A DNA stretch of 64,000 nt from Bacteroidia bacterium (GTDB taxonomy: Bacteria > Bacteroidota > Bacteroidia > CAILMK01 > JBBDIG01), in NCBI GenBank assembly GCA_040880525.1, contig JBBDIG010000045.1, positions 9,266-73,265 of the forward strand. The letters are read 5' to 3'. A program made the translations under genes and the position numbers. The notes beneath the pieces are model-generated. The model had not been told where the DNA came from. It was given only the letters and a program-made list of their open reading frames with translations, and searched no databases. This document shows, piece after piece, positions 1-8,644 of this stretch; position 1 is the first letter of the stretch, and each line of letters opens with the position of its first letter.

Positions 1-559
1 ACAAATCGACCAGAGTAGACATAAATATTTGAAGTTTTTTACTTACCAATTGTTCTCTATTGACATTAAGATAAGCATTTCGTCTATCAAATATGGTTAA
101 TATTTTCTCATAAATATTATTTTCTTCCTTTATAGAAATATTAAATGAATTGAGATGTTTTTTTGCTAACCCTTCCCATTTTTTCCAGTCTACCAGTGTT
201 GTGTAAATGTTTTCACTGTATGGATGAAATGAAAAACCTATATTTAATAGCTCATCCTGCGTTATTAGCCCATCCATAAATTTTTGGGAAAGTTCATTGC
301 CAGTTGCAATTTCTTTCGTCCTCTCCAAAAATGTACCGTGGCTACCCAAGATATAGCCTGTTTGCTGATCTTCATCAAGCTTTATAAAGAGAGTTGCTAT
401 CAATCTTTGTTTGGCCTCTTGATAGAGATCAGGTAAGGATTTCCTTATATCCTCCTTCCATTCATAAAAAGAGAGTAACCTTAGCACCTCTGAATTGATA
501 GTATTAATTATATCAATTTCATCATTGGAAAGGCCCGATTCGTCAGAATAAAGTATCAT
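1..559 (-). CDS. AT-rich hypothetical protein, 3' end runs off the window
   Basis: Manual translation from ATG at 559 (MILYSDESGLSNDEIDIINTINSEVLRLLSFYEWKEDIRKSLPDLYQEAK...) stays open for 186 codons to the window edge. It is absent from the ORF track because it has no stop in the window. No recognisable motif. Confidence 0.75.
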   Translation of the reverse strand, partial: MILYSDESGLSNDEIDIINTINSEVLRLLSFYEWKEDIRKSLPDLYQEAKQRLIATLFIKLDEDQQTGYILGSHGTFLERTKEIATGNELSQKFMDGLITQDELLNIGFSFHPYSENIYTTLVDWKKWEGLAKKHLNSFNISIKEENNIYEKILTIFDRRNAYLNVNREQLVSKKLQIFMSTLVDL

Positions 560-630
560 TTGGTGGTTTTATATGTAGTAGGGTTATGATTCAAAATTTT
601 ATTTTGTTGGCTTAGACTGCACCAACCTGA

Positions 631-648
631 CGCGAGCATTTGCTCGTG
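631..648. repeat. REP-like palindrome upstream of the RAYT fragment
   Basis: CGCGAGCA-TT-TGCTCGTG hairpin about 65 bp upstream of a RAYT-like start. Confidence 0.55.
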
Positions 649-713
649 CCTTCCACGCCTGATTGGTAAAACAGCTATTCAGCGAAAATGGCCAACTTCC
701 CTACCTTTCAGCG

Positions 714-884
714 ATGAGACAAAAATACAAAGTTCTGAATCAGGAAGGATTGCATTTGATCAGCTTAGCAGTAGTTCATTGGATAGATGTATTCATTAGA
801 GACGAGTACAGGAACCTGTTGTTGGTAAGCTGGCGCTACTGCATGAAAGAAAAGGGCTTGGAGGTGTGGGATGCAATTCTGTGA
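714..884 (+). pseudogene. Truncated REP-associated tyrosine transposase (RAYT, Y1/IS200-like), N-terminal fragment
   Basis: MRQKYKVLNQEGLHLISLAVVHWIDVFIRDEYRNLLLVSWRYCMKEKGLEVW resembles Bacteroidota RAYT N-termini (...WIDVF.R..Y...L..SLRYCQKEKGLEIY). It breaks off before the HUH motif. Confidence 0.75.
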
Positions 885-948
885 ACTTAAAACTTGGTAC
901 CCTATGTTAGAGATATGAACTCCAAAAGAAATTTTCAGGTATGATTAG
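869..948 (+). pseudogene. 3' remnant of a PIN-domain (VapC-like) gene
   Basis: With one frameshift and one stop it reads GCNSVNLKLG/YPMLEI*TPKEIFRYD*, matching the recalled C-terminus (GYNSVNLRLGYPMIEIRSPK) of Bacteroidota PIN proteins. Confidence 0.6.
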
Positions 949-1114
949 GAAGAAGGTAAAAACCGTAAAGGGTTTGGTGAAACAATTGCGATCCATTAGG
1001 GACAAGATGAACGCTGAACTCGCAGACATGACCCCTGAACAGCGCACTGAATATTTTCGCAAAATGCGGGAAAGAAGTAGTGCCGCGACCAGCCCATTAG
1101 GTATTGCCAAGTGA
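941..1114 (+). CDS. 57-aa small protein, probable antitoxin-like partner of the PIN gene
   Basis: MIRKKVKTVKGLVKQLRSIRDKMNAELADMTPEQRTEYFRKMRE... overlaps the stop of the PIN remnant. It resembles the 'REIRDKIS.DI.DM..EE...YF' small proteins found downstream of this PIN family. Confidence 0.6.
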   Translation: MIRKKVKTVKGLVKQLRSIRDKMNAELADMTPEQRTEYFRKMRERSSAATSPLGIAK

Positions 1115-1328
1115 TGGTTACTCTCTTCACATTTGACCGTAGCTTACGCTGTTGAGGCTATAACCTTGGGCAAACTGCCGCGAAAGGTAGTCGTCACCCG
1201 GCACAGGGGGCGACTGGGTAGAGACTGCACCTCAGCAAGGAAAAACTCTACTCTTTGTTAAGAAATCGCAATTAGAAAAGGTGATATTTTTTATGCCTTA
1301 TTAAGACCATTCAATGTTCTATTAACCA

Positions 1329-2483
1329 TCAATTTAATTTCTTAAAAGTCTGCCACCATCGTTCCGGCATTTCATCATTGCAGGCGTGCTGGTAATCCGT
1401 GTAGGTACATGGAATAACATGCTTGTTCGGCAATTCCCTATTATTATGGTTGTCCAGGGGAATCTCCATCCACCAGCGCCCGGTGCGGTTGCTTTTGTAA
1501 AAAATGATTTCGCAGGCTTCCTTATGGATGGTGGTGATAAAGCGGGTGAAACCGGGATCCCCGCTGATGGGCTCTTCCCTGATGTGATTTAGCGTGCCGT
1601 CTGCGAAATACCAAATCATCTGTGCAAGCAGGTGGGCAGTTTGCTGCCGGTTTTTGTGCAATAGATCCACACCTCCGAAACTGATGCAGCGCAGCGAATC
1701 GCTGAGGCCCGCATAGCGTGCAAGAGCACAAGCCTCCTCTCCGGTAAACCCATTGGGGCTGGGAAATATACCGGCCGGGCTATCTGACTGCCGTACAGCG
1801 GACACGTTGAAGCTCATAAAATCAGCAGCACGGATCACCGGCTCAATTTCTTTGAGGTCAGCGCGTACATTTCCCAGGCGGTAATGGTCAAAATAAAGTT
1901 TCTCCAGCGCTTCAAGAGCAGGAGCATCTACAAAGTAACCCTGATAGCCCAGAATGCTGAAATTAAAAATATAGGGGTTAGCGCTAAAAGTCATGCGCTG
2001 CAGGTAATTTTCATCGGTAATCGTTCCTGCTTCTTCCGGCTCAAAGGCAAACCGGTTATCAAAGCAAACAAGATTTGCAAACTCTTTCATGTATTGAAAG
2101 GCCAGGTACTGGCCATACACCAGATATTGCGGGCCGCCAATAAGGACGGGCATTATGTTTTTCAGCAGCAGTTCGCTGATTACGTATCCCAGGCTCTGGC
2201 AGTTTTTCTCGCGGTCATCATCCAGCAGCAGATCGCCTGCATCCAGCATGGTGGCTGCATAGCTTTTCCTTCTGAGGCGATAAAGCCATTTGCGCACCTG
2301 CATTGAGAAAGGATCTTCCTCCTCCGTCATCCTGATGCCAACGAGTGCGATGGTGCATCCTTCCAGTTCGGGAAACCCGTTGTCATGAACCTTTAGCTGC
2401 GTGCCCCATTCATCTGGCTGGAAAGGCCGGCCGTCTGCTATTTCCTCTTTTGAAACAGGGACAAAAAAAGTATCTAAATCCAT
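1329..2483 (-). CDS. Arginase/formimidoylglutamase-family protein (Bacteroidota type)
   Basis: Ureohydrolase fold: DAGDL, PVLIGG, LGYQGYF, RLG, SPNGFTGEEAC, AQMIWYF, C-terminal FYKS..TGRWW. Start placed at MDLDTFF (2483). Confidence 0.8.
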   Translation of the reverse strand: MDLDTFFVPVSKEEIADGRPFQPDEWGTQLKVHDNGFPELEGCTIALVGIRMTEEEDPFSMQVRKWLYRLRRKSYAATMLDAGDLLLDDDREKNCQSLGYVISELLLKNIMPVLIGGPQYLVYGQYLAFQYMKEFANLVCFDNRFAFEPEEAGTITDENYLQRMTFSANPYIFNFSILGYQGYFVDAPALEALEKLYFDHYRLGNVRADLKEIEPVIRAADFMSFNVSAVRQSDSPAGIFPSPNGFTGEEACALARYAGLSDSLRCISFGGVDLLHKNRQQTAHLLAQMIWYFADGTLNHIREEPISGDPGFTRFITTIHKEACEIIFYKSNRTGRWWMEIPLDNHNNRELPNKHVIPCTYTDYQHACNDEMPERWWQTFKKLN

Positions 2484-2589
2484 TGTGTCTTTTTGGTGCG
2501 GCCAAATATAATGAGAAGCAGCCAAGACAGCGGCTACATCATCCGCTACTTGCACAGATATGGTTAGTTTTGAATTTTAATTCAATCAC

Positions 2590-3612
2590 ATGATTTTCGT
2601 TACCGGAGGCACCGGGTTTATCGGCTCCTATCTTCTCTACTATCTCACTTTCAGCACGGAAAAAATTGTAGCCATAAGGCGGGCTTCAAGTTCGATGGAG
2701 CAGGTGAAGAATGTATTTCGCTTTCTGGATGAGCTCGGAGAGGGCAATCAGCAGCAGAAGTTGGAGAATATTGAATGGCGGCAAGCGGATATCCTGGATG
2801 CTGCGGAACTCGAAGAGGCCATGCAGGGCGCTGAACAGGTATATCACGTAGCGGCTTTGGTATCCTTCAACCGCAGGCGGAAAGACGCGATCATTGAAAC
2901 CAATGTGAACGGAACGGCCAATGTAGTAGATGCTGCAATGGCCAATAACGTGAAAAAGCTTGGCTACGTAAGTTCCATTGGAGCGCTATACAAGCGGCCC
3001 GGCCAAATGCTGGACGAAGAAAGCCATATTGAGAATTTCATTTTTCCTTCCCGGTATTCTGAAAGCAAGTATTTTGGCGAAATGGAAGCGTGGCGTGGAG
3101 CGGCTGAAGGATTGCCCTGCGCCATCGTCAATCCGGGTGTGGTGCTCGCTCCGGGCGATTTCAGTCACGGACCGCCCAAGCTTTTCAGTTCTGTAGCCAA
3201 TGGCCTGAAATTCTATACCCCTGGCGCCACCGGATTTGTTGATGCAAGGGATGTTGCCCGTGCTTTGATTGGCCTTATGAATTCAGAGATAAAAAATGAA
3301 CGATATGTACTCGTCTCGGAAAATTGGAAGTTTTTGGACCTTTTTAATTCCATCGCTGAATGCTTAAATGTTCCGGCTCCGCGAATAAAAGCCAACCGCC
3401 TGATGAGCGAATTGGTATGGCGTGCGGAAAGCATTCGCAGCCTCCTCACAGGCAGCGAGCCCTTTATTACCAGGGAACTGGCGCAGGCTGCACAATTATC
3501 CTACTTCTTTAAGAATGAAAAAATAAAGAATGCGCTGAATTTTGATTTTATTCCATTAAAGAAAACAATTGAGGATACCTGCCGGATATATTTAAATGAA
3601 CAGGAACTGTGA
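2590..3612 (+). CDS. NAD-dependent epimerase/dehydratase (extended SDR)
   Basis: VTGGTGFIG Rossmann motif, HVAA, NVNGT, YSESK (YxxxK). Confidence 0.9.
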   Translation: MIFVTGGTGFIGSYLLYYLTFSTEKIVAIRRASSSMEQVKNVFRFLDELGEGNQQQKLENIEWRQADILDAAELEEAMQGAEQVYHVAALVSFNRRRKDAIIETNVNGTANVVDAAMANNVKKLGYVSSIGALYKRPGQMLDEESHIENFIFPSRYSESKYFGEMEAWRGAAEGLPCAIVNPGVVLAPGDFSHGPPKLFSSVANGLKFYTPGATGFVDARDVARALIGLMNSEIKNERYVLVSENWKFLDLFNSIAECLNVPAPRIKANRLMSELVWRAESIRSLLTGSEPFITRELAQAAQLSYFFKNEKIKNALNFDFIPLKKTIEDTCRIYLNEQEL

Positions 3613-3759
3613 ACCCGATTGAAGGAAATATTATTAGAGTCATTCCGCCACGGGCGTCAAAACATAAAGGCATAGCCGGCTCTTAAAAATTACATGATAG
3701 CTCCCCATTAAAAAATGACAGAACGTTTTAATATTTTTATATTATTAAATTTTAAATAA

Positions 3760-4908
3760 ATGAAAATAGGAATAAATGCACGGCTCCTGGTGGATGGAAA
3801 AATGGATGGAATTGGATGGTTTGCCTACGAAACCCTGAGACGCATCGTGGAATTGCACCCTGAGCATCAGTTCATTTATTTTTTTGACCGCCTTTTCCAT
3901 GATAAATTCATTACCTCAAATAATATTACACCAGTGGTTTTGCAGCCGCAGGCTCGCCATCCGCTGCTTTGGTACTTGTTCTTTGAATTTTCCATTCCGC
4001 GGGCATTGAATAAATACAGGCCGGATCTCTTTTTTTCGCCTGACGGATTTCTTTCATTAAATACCCGCGTCCCTTCCGTTTCTGTATTGCACGATCTGGC
4101 GTATGAACATTTCCCGGAGCAGGTGCCGTACCTGGGGAGGAAATTTTATCGCTACTACATGCCGCGCTATGCCAGAAAGGCGGTGAGGCTCGGAACGGTA
4201 TCAGAATATTCAAAGCAGGAAATTGCCCGCCACTATCATATTGACCCGGCAAAAATTGATGTGGTGTACAACGGGGCCAACAAGGCATACGGACCGGTAG
4301 CTGCGGAAGTGCAGGAAATGACGCGCAAAAAATATACACGGGGCGCTCCGTATTTTATTTTTATTGGCGGAATGTATCCACGTAAAAATCTGAAGCGTTT
4401 GCTCCTGGGATTTAATGAATTTAAACAGCACGATGAACAAGGAATAAAGCTTTTGGTAATTGGCCGTGCAGCTTACAAAAGTGATGAGATAATGGTAACG
4501 CATGAGGCGATCCATCACAAAGAGGACGTATATTTTCTGGGCCGGATAAACGGGGAAGAAGAGGTTCGGAATCTCCTGGCTTCGGCTATGGCAATGACCT
4601 ACGTATCGCTTTTTGAAGGATTTGGAATACCGGTGCTGGAAGCGATGAGAAGCGGAGTTCCCGTCATTACTTCACGCTCAAGCTCGCTGCCCGAAGTGGC
4701 CGGAGAAGCCGCAGTTTATTGCGATCCTTTTTCTATAAACGATATTGCAGCAGCCATGCAAAAAGTAGCAGAAGATCCTGAACTGCGGCAGAAAATGTCG
4801 AAGATGGGTTTTGAGCAGGAGCAGAAATTCTCCTGGGACCGGTCGGCCCGGCTGTTATGGCAGTGCATCGAAAAATCCTTTAGCGGCTTACCAAACCTTC
4901 AGACATGA
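3760..4908 (+). CDS. Glycosyltransferase family 4 (GT-B)
   Basis: HDL motif, TVSEYSK, PRKN, EGFGIPVLEAM (Ex7E). Confidence 0.93.
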   Translation: MKIGINARLLVDGKMDGIGWFAYETLRRIVELHPEHQFIYFFDRLFHDKFITSNNITPVVLQPQARHPLLWYLFFEFSIPRALNKYRPDLFFSPDGFLSLNTRVPSVSVLHDLAYEHFPEQVPYLGRKFYRYYMPRYARKAVRLGTVSEYSKQEIARHYHIDPAKIDVVYNGANKAYGPVAAEVQEMTRKKYTRGAPYFIFIGGMYPRKNLKRLLLGFNEFKQHDEQGIKLLVIGRAAYKSDEIMVTHEAIHHKEDVYFLGRINGEEEVRNLLASAMAMTYVSLFEGFGIPVLEAMRSGVPVITSRSSSLPEVAGEAAVYCDPFSINDIAAAMQKVAEDPELRQKMSKMGFEQEQKFSWDRSARLLWQCIEKSFSGLPNLQT

Positions 4909-4987
4909 TAAATATTCCGCTACCAAGCTGTGCCGCCTGCCAACGGCTGATTTATTTTTGGAACTTCGATTCAGTTAACCGACATAC

Positions 4988-6220
4988 TTGAAAAAAATAT
5001 TTCCTTACATCGGGCCGGCTGGCGCAACGTTATTTCTCCTGGGGCTTTCCCTTTCGCGGGTGCTGATTACTGCCGGCCTCGTACTCATGCTGCTCCACCC
5101 GCTACTGAATGATGACTTCGCCACCTTCCGCAGGCAACTTTTCAGGAATAAAGCTGCTTTGCTCCTGCTCCTGCTTTTCTGTATCATACTGTTTAATGGC
5201 ATTTTTACGGATAATCAATCCGGCTTTGTTGATTCTGTCATTATCAGGCTGCCACTGCTGTTTATGCCTTTTGCCCTTGCCTCGCCCACTTATTATAAAC
5301 GGAAGAACCTGCTGTTTTTTGTGCTGGTTTTTATTGCGGGCATTGGCACGGCAGGGGTGTTCACGCTGAGCTATTTCCTGCTGCATTATGAGGAAGTAAT
5401 GCGGGATATTCAGGCGCATCAGCCGGTGATCATTATAGGCGGTTTAAATCATATCTATTATAGTGTGATGCTCGCCTTTGCTTTATTAGCCTCATTTGTC
5501 CTGCTTTGGCAAAAATGGATTGCTCAGGTATGGCTGAGAAGGGCGCTTTACTTATTTATTGTGCTGGGCCTGATCTTTTTGCATTCGCTCTCCGCACGCA
5601 CCGGGATGCTTGCATTTTATGGTTCCCTCCTGCTCATCGTGCTATACATCGCCTTTATGAAAAAGAGGTATCTTACCGGCATTGCCTCAGTCGCAGCGCT
5701 TGGCGGAATGCTGTTACTTGCGTTCTGGTTCGTTAAACCGTTTCAAGCCAGAGTTCAACAATCTATGCAGGATATTAGTGTATTTGTAAAAGGAGAAGAC
5801 ATCAACCAGTACTCAATCTCCATGAGGCTGGCGGCATGGGAAGTATCCGGCAGGTTGTTCCTGGAGCATCCGGTATTTGGCACCGGCATAGCCGATCTCA
5901 GAACTGAGATGGAAGATGGTTTTGATACCTATTATCCCGCGCTCGCCCCGAATAGCCGCCATTTGCCACACAACCAATTCCTCATCTTCCTGGCGGGTGC
6001 CGGACTTACAGGTTTTCTGGTTTTTGTTGGCGTCTATTTCTTTCCGCTCTTCCTCAGGCACACCAGCCATAATTTTCTTTTTCTCACCTTGTGGCTAGTC
6101 CTATTTTTTGCGCTGATGGCCGAGGCAATGCTGGAACGGCAGGTGGGCGTGTCATTCTTTGCTTTCTTCTGGATCCTGCTTTCAGGCTCTCCATTAAAAA
6201 ATGAAGCAGTTAAAATTTGA
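4988..6220 (+). CDS. O-antigen ligase family (Wzy_C) membrane protein
   Basis: Multiple TM helices, SARTG, SISMRL..W, HPVFGTG, PHNQF motif. Confidence 0.88.
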   Translation: MKKIFPYIGPAGATLFLLGLSLSRVLITAGLVLMLLHPLLNDDFATFRRQLFRNKAALLLLLLFCIILFNGIFTDNQSGFVDSVIIRLPLLFMPFALASPTYYKRKNLLFFVLVFIAGIGTAGVFTLSYFLLHYEEVMRDIQAHQPVIIIGGLNHIYYSVMLAFALLASFVLLWQKWIAQVWLRRALYLFIVLGLIFLHSLSARTGMLAFYGSLLLIVLYIAFMKKRYLTGIASVAALGGMLLLAFWFVKPFQARVQQSMQDISVFVKGEDINQYSISMRLAAWEVSGRLFLEHPVFGTGIADLRTEMEDGFDTYYPALAPNSRHLPHNQFLIFLAGAGLTGFLVFVGVYFFPLFLRHTSHNFLFLTLWLVLFFALMAEAMLERQVGVSFFAFFWILLSGSPLKNEAVKI

Positions 6221-6260
6221 ATGATTTTGATCAAATGAAACGAGAGGCCACAAATCCACA

Positions 6261-6995
6261 ATGCCTGCAATCTTTGCCTCAGCTCAAGACTTTTCTCCCC
6301 TGACTTGTCCTCCGCGCATATCGGTTATTATTCCTGCTTTCAATGAGTGTAATTCTATTGGAAAGGTGATCGGGGATATCCCACAGTCCCTGGTAAAGGA
6401 AGTAGTGGTGGTGAACAACGCTTCTACGGATGATACCGTGGCGAAAGCCGAAGCAGCAGGTGCCACGGTTTTACATGAACAAAGGCGCGGATACGGTTTT
6501 GCATGCCTCAAGGGCATCGCATATCTGAAGCAACAACCTCTGCCGCCAGAGATCGTGGTATTCCTGGATGCCGACTATTCTGACCATCCTGAAGAAATGC
6601 CTTTGCTCGTACAGAAAATTCTGGAGGATGATTGCGATCTCGTGATTGGCTCACGCGCACTAGGAAGCCGCGAATCTGGCGCCATGCTCCCGCAACAAGT
6701 GTTTGGCAACTGGCTGGCTACCCGGCTCATTCGCATTTTGCACAACCACCGCTACACTGATCTTGGTCCTTTCCGCGCTATAAAATGGAACAGCCTGATG
6801 AATATCAACATGCAGGACACCACCTTCGGGTGGACAGTGGAGATGCAGGTGAAAGCCGCTAAGCTGAAAATGAAGACCTGCGAAGTACCCGTGAGCTACC
6901 GGAAGCGGATCGGGGTTTCGAAAATCACAGGAACGGTTAAGGGTACGGTGCTGGCCGGGTACAAGATCATTTACACCATTTTGCGGCACCTGTAA
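6261..6995 (+). CDS. GT2, polyprenol-phosphate glycosyltransferase (DPM1-like)
   Basis: VIIPAFNE, NNASTD, GYG.AC, FLDAD, DLVIGSR, TDLGPFR, GWTVEMQ. Exact start uncertain. Confidence 0.9.
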   Translation: MPAIFASAQDFSPLTCPPRISVIIPAFNECNSIGKVIGDIPQSLVKEVVVVNNASTDDTVAKAEAAGATVLHEQRRGYGFACLKGIAYLKQQPLPPEIVVFLDADYSDHPEEMPLLVQKILEDDCDLVIGSRALGSRESGAMLPQQVFGNWLATRLIRILHNHRYTDLGPFRAIKWNSLMNINMQDTTFGWTVEMQVKAAKLKMKTCEVPVSYRKRIGVSKITGTVKGTVLAGYKIIYTILRHL

Positions 6996-7046
6996 AAAAA
7001 CAGGTAACACAACCAGGATCATTTGGCTCCGCCTGAAAGAGTAAGG

Positions 7047-7478
7047 CTACATCAGCACATCCCAGGTATCCTCACTGCCCGTCCAGTCGCGGAATTTCTC
7101 CTTGCCACCACGGATTTCCCAATCGGAATCAATTGTGAGGCGGGAGCTGATGCCTCCGCGCGGATTGCAGATCATGACCAGCCGCAGGCGTTCGGGTTCA
7201 TAAACCTCCATCATTTGTTCATAAAAAATATTGATGAGTCGTTCGTACGATACGATGACATCCCGGAGCTGATACATGTATTGCTTCATGGACCGGAGTT
7301 CGATGATCTTTTTCTTAGGATAGAAAGTGATGTAGAGAGTCGCGAAATCCGGTTGCTCCTGCACTCCCAGAAATGTGAGTTCCGGAACCTTGATCTTTAT
7401 TTCGTAAGCGCCATTGGAGGGATTGGGAATCGCCTTCAGGATCTTTGGATCAATACGGTCAAATAGCTTTTTTTCCAT
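7047..7478 (-). CDS. QueF-like T-fold protein lacking the catalytic Cys
   Basis: PELTFLGVQEQPDFATLYI aligns with QueF PEFTSLCPxTGQPDFATIYI. Also ELRSMKQY (QueF motif), SYE (HE) and PRGGIS. Confidence 0.8.
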   Translation of the reverse strand: MEKKLFDRIDPKILKAIPNPSNGAYEIKIKVPELTFLGVQEQPDFATLYITFYPKKKIIELRSMKQYMYQLRDVIVSYERLINIFYEQMMEVYEPERLRLVMICNPRGGISSRLTIDSDWEIRGGKEKFRDWTGSEDTWDVLM

Positions 7479-7544
7479 GCTTTTATTAAATGGGTATATA
7501 ATTTTTTTGAAGGGGCGAATTTAGGAGAGAAATACCGGCTTACG

Positions 7545-7578
7545 AAAAAAGCCTTCCAGCGGGCGCTGAAAGGCTTTT
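7545..7578 (-). terminator. Rho-independent (probably bidirectional) terminator
   Basis: AAAAAAGCCTTCCAGCG-GG-CGCTGAAAGGCTTTT inverted repeat with T-tracts on both strands, downstream of the 7726..7932 gene. Confidence 0.75.
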
Positions 7579-7725
7579 AATCGAATCGCCCGTTGCAGGC
7601 GATTTAAAACCATGAAAAAACTAACGTTGACTCCAGGTGAGCCTCTCTCACTTTCCCACCTGAGGTTGCCTTCCTTCTTGCGAAAGAATTGCCAAACTGT
7701 TTCAGTCCATTCATTTTTTTTATAT

Positions 7726-7932
7726 TTAATACTGAATCTCTTTTCCAGGCAAAGTAGCGTCTGCCTGAGCATCAGTATTTTCAATTGTGCTATAGGCCGG
7801 ATCTGCCGGTAAAGGATTATAAAACTGTTCAGATGCTGAACAAGAGCTAAACAGAATCAGCATCCAACATATCCCGTACAGGATGACCAAGGCTTTAAAG
7901 AAATTCCCGTGTTTCTTGGCTAAATTTTTCAT
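7726..7932 (-). CDS. Small putative lipoprotein (68 aa)
   Basis: Basic N-terminus, hydrophobic stretch, lipobox-like FSSC. TATATTTG promoter element at 8086-8093 (minus) and a terminator downstream. Confidence 0.55.
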   Translation of the reverse strand: MKNLAKKHGNFFKALVILYGICWMLILFSSCSASEQFYNPLPADPAYSTIENTDAQADATLPGKEIQY

Positions 7933-8200
7933 GGCGAATATATTTTTGTGTTGCGAAACATTTATACTAATAAGACAAACTACATAAGTAAATGTTCATT
8001 TTTATTCAGTATAAATACCTATATTAAAAGATATTCAATTGAAGTAAACCATTATCCTATATCAAGAAGGAGTTCGTCCCCGCCACAAATATACGTATTA
8101 ATTACTACCAAATATTAATGATCTACAACCAGGGTCATATTTAATTTTATGCTGGTCCAGGGGTTTCTGCCCCATTCTGTTCTTTCTGTAATTCTACCGC

Positions 8201-8566
8201 TTACTTTTCATCACGTTTCTGCTTTAGCAACTCCGTCTTTTCTCCAAACTCGCGGGCAAACTTTCGTATCTCCACGCTCATCTCCGAGTTATTAGTGGCT
8301 CGCTCATACGATTCAGCCATCGTCATCATCGTCTCAAAAAAGAAAATATTCATTTCATCAACCCGCATCTCCTTGTTCCAAAGATCAAGGCGCAATGCAT
8401 GGTTCTCCTTGTCGTCCCAAATTGAGAGCATAAAAGCCTTGCATTCCTTTGTGCTCAGTTGTCCACCTTCAGTAGAACTCCACTGAATTTTTTCAGGAAC
8501 ATTATCCTCATCCAGTTGCACATTAAATCTAAGTTCGGTAGTGTTCCCTTTCTTTTCTTCCGGCAT
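8201..8566 (-). CDS. gldC: Gliding motility protein GldC
   Basis: F.V.LDEDNVPEKI.W, KAFMLSIWD...LRLDLW.KEM.VDEM..FF, YERAT. Confidence 0.9.
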   Translation of the reverse strand: MPEEKKGNTTELRFNVQLDEDNVPEKIQWSSTEGGQLSTKECKAFMLSIWDDKENHALRLDLWNKEMRVDEMNIFFFETMMTMAESYERATNNSEMSVEIRKFAREFGEKTELLKQKRDEK

Positions 8567-8644
8567 TTTTTTAATTCTGTTTGTATCGTGAGTAAAAAGC
8601 TAATCAATTTTAAGCCGACAAAATTAAGCAACGCTATGTAGCTC

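Noticed and set aside
7600-7625. AAAAAACTAA resembling the preQ1-I riboswitch tail near the QueF-like gene
   Set aside because: It is on the opposite strand to the gene and lacks the upstream GGTTC-type P1/L1 motif.
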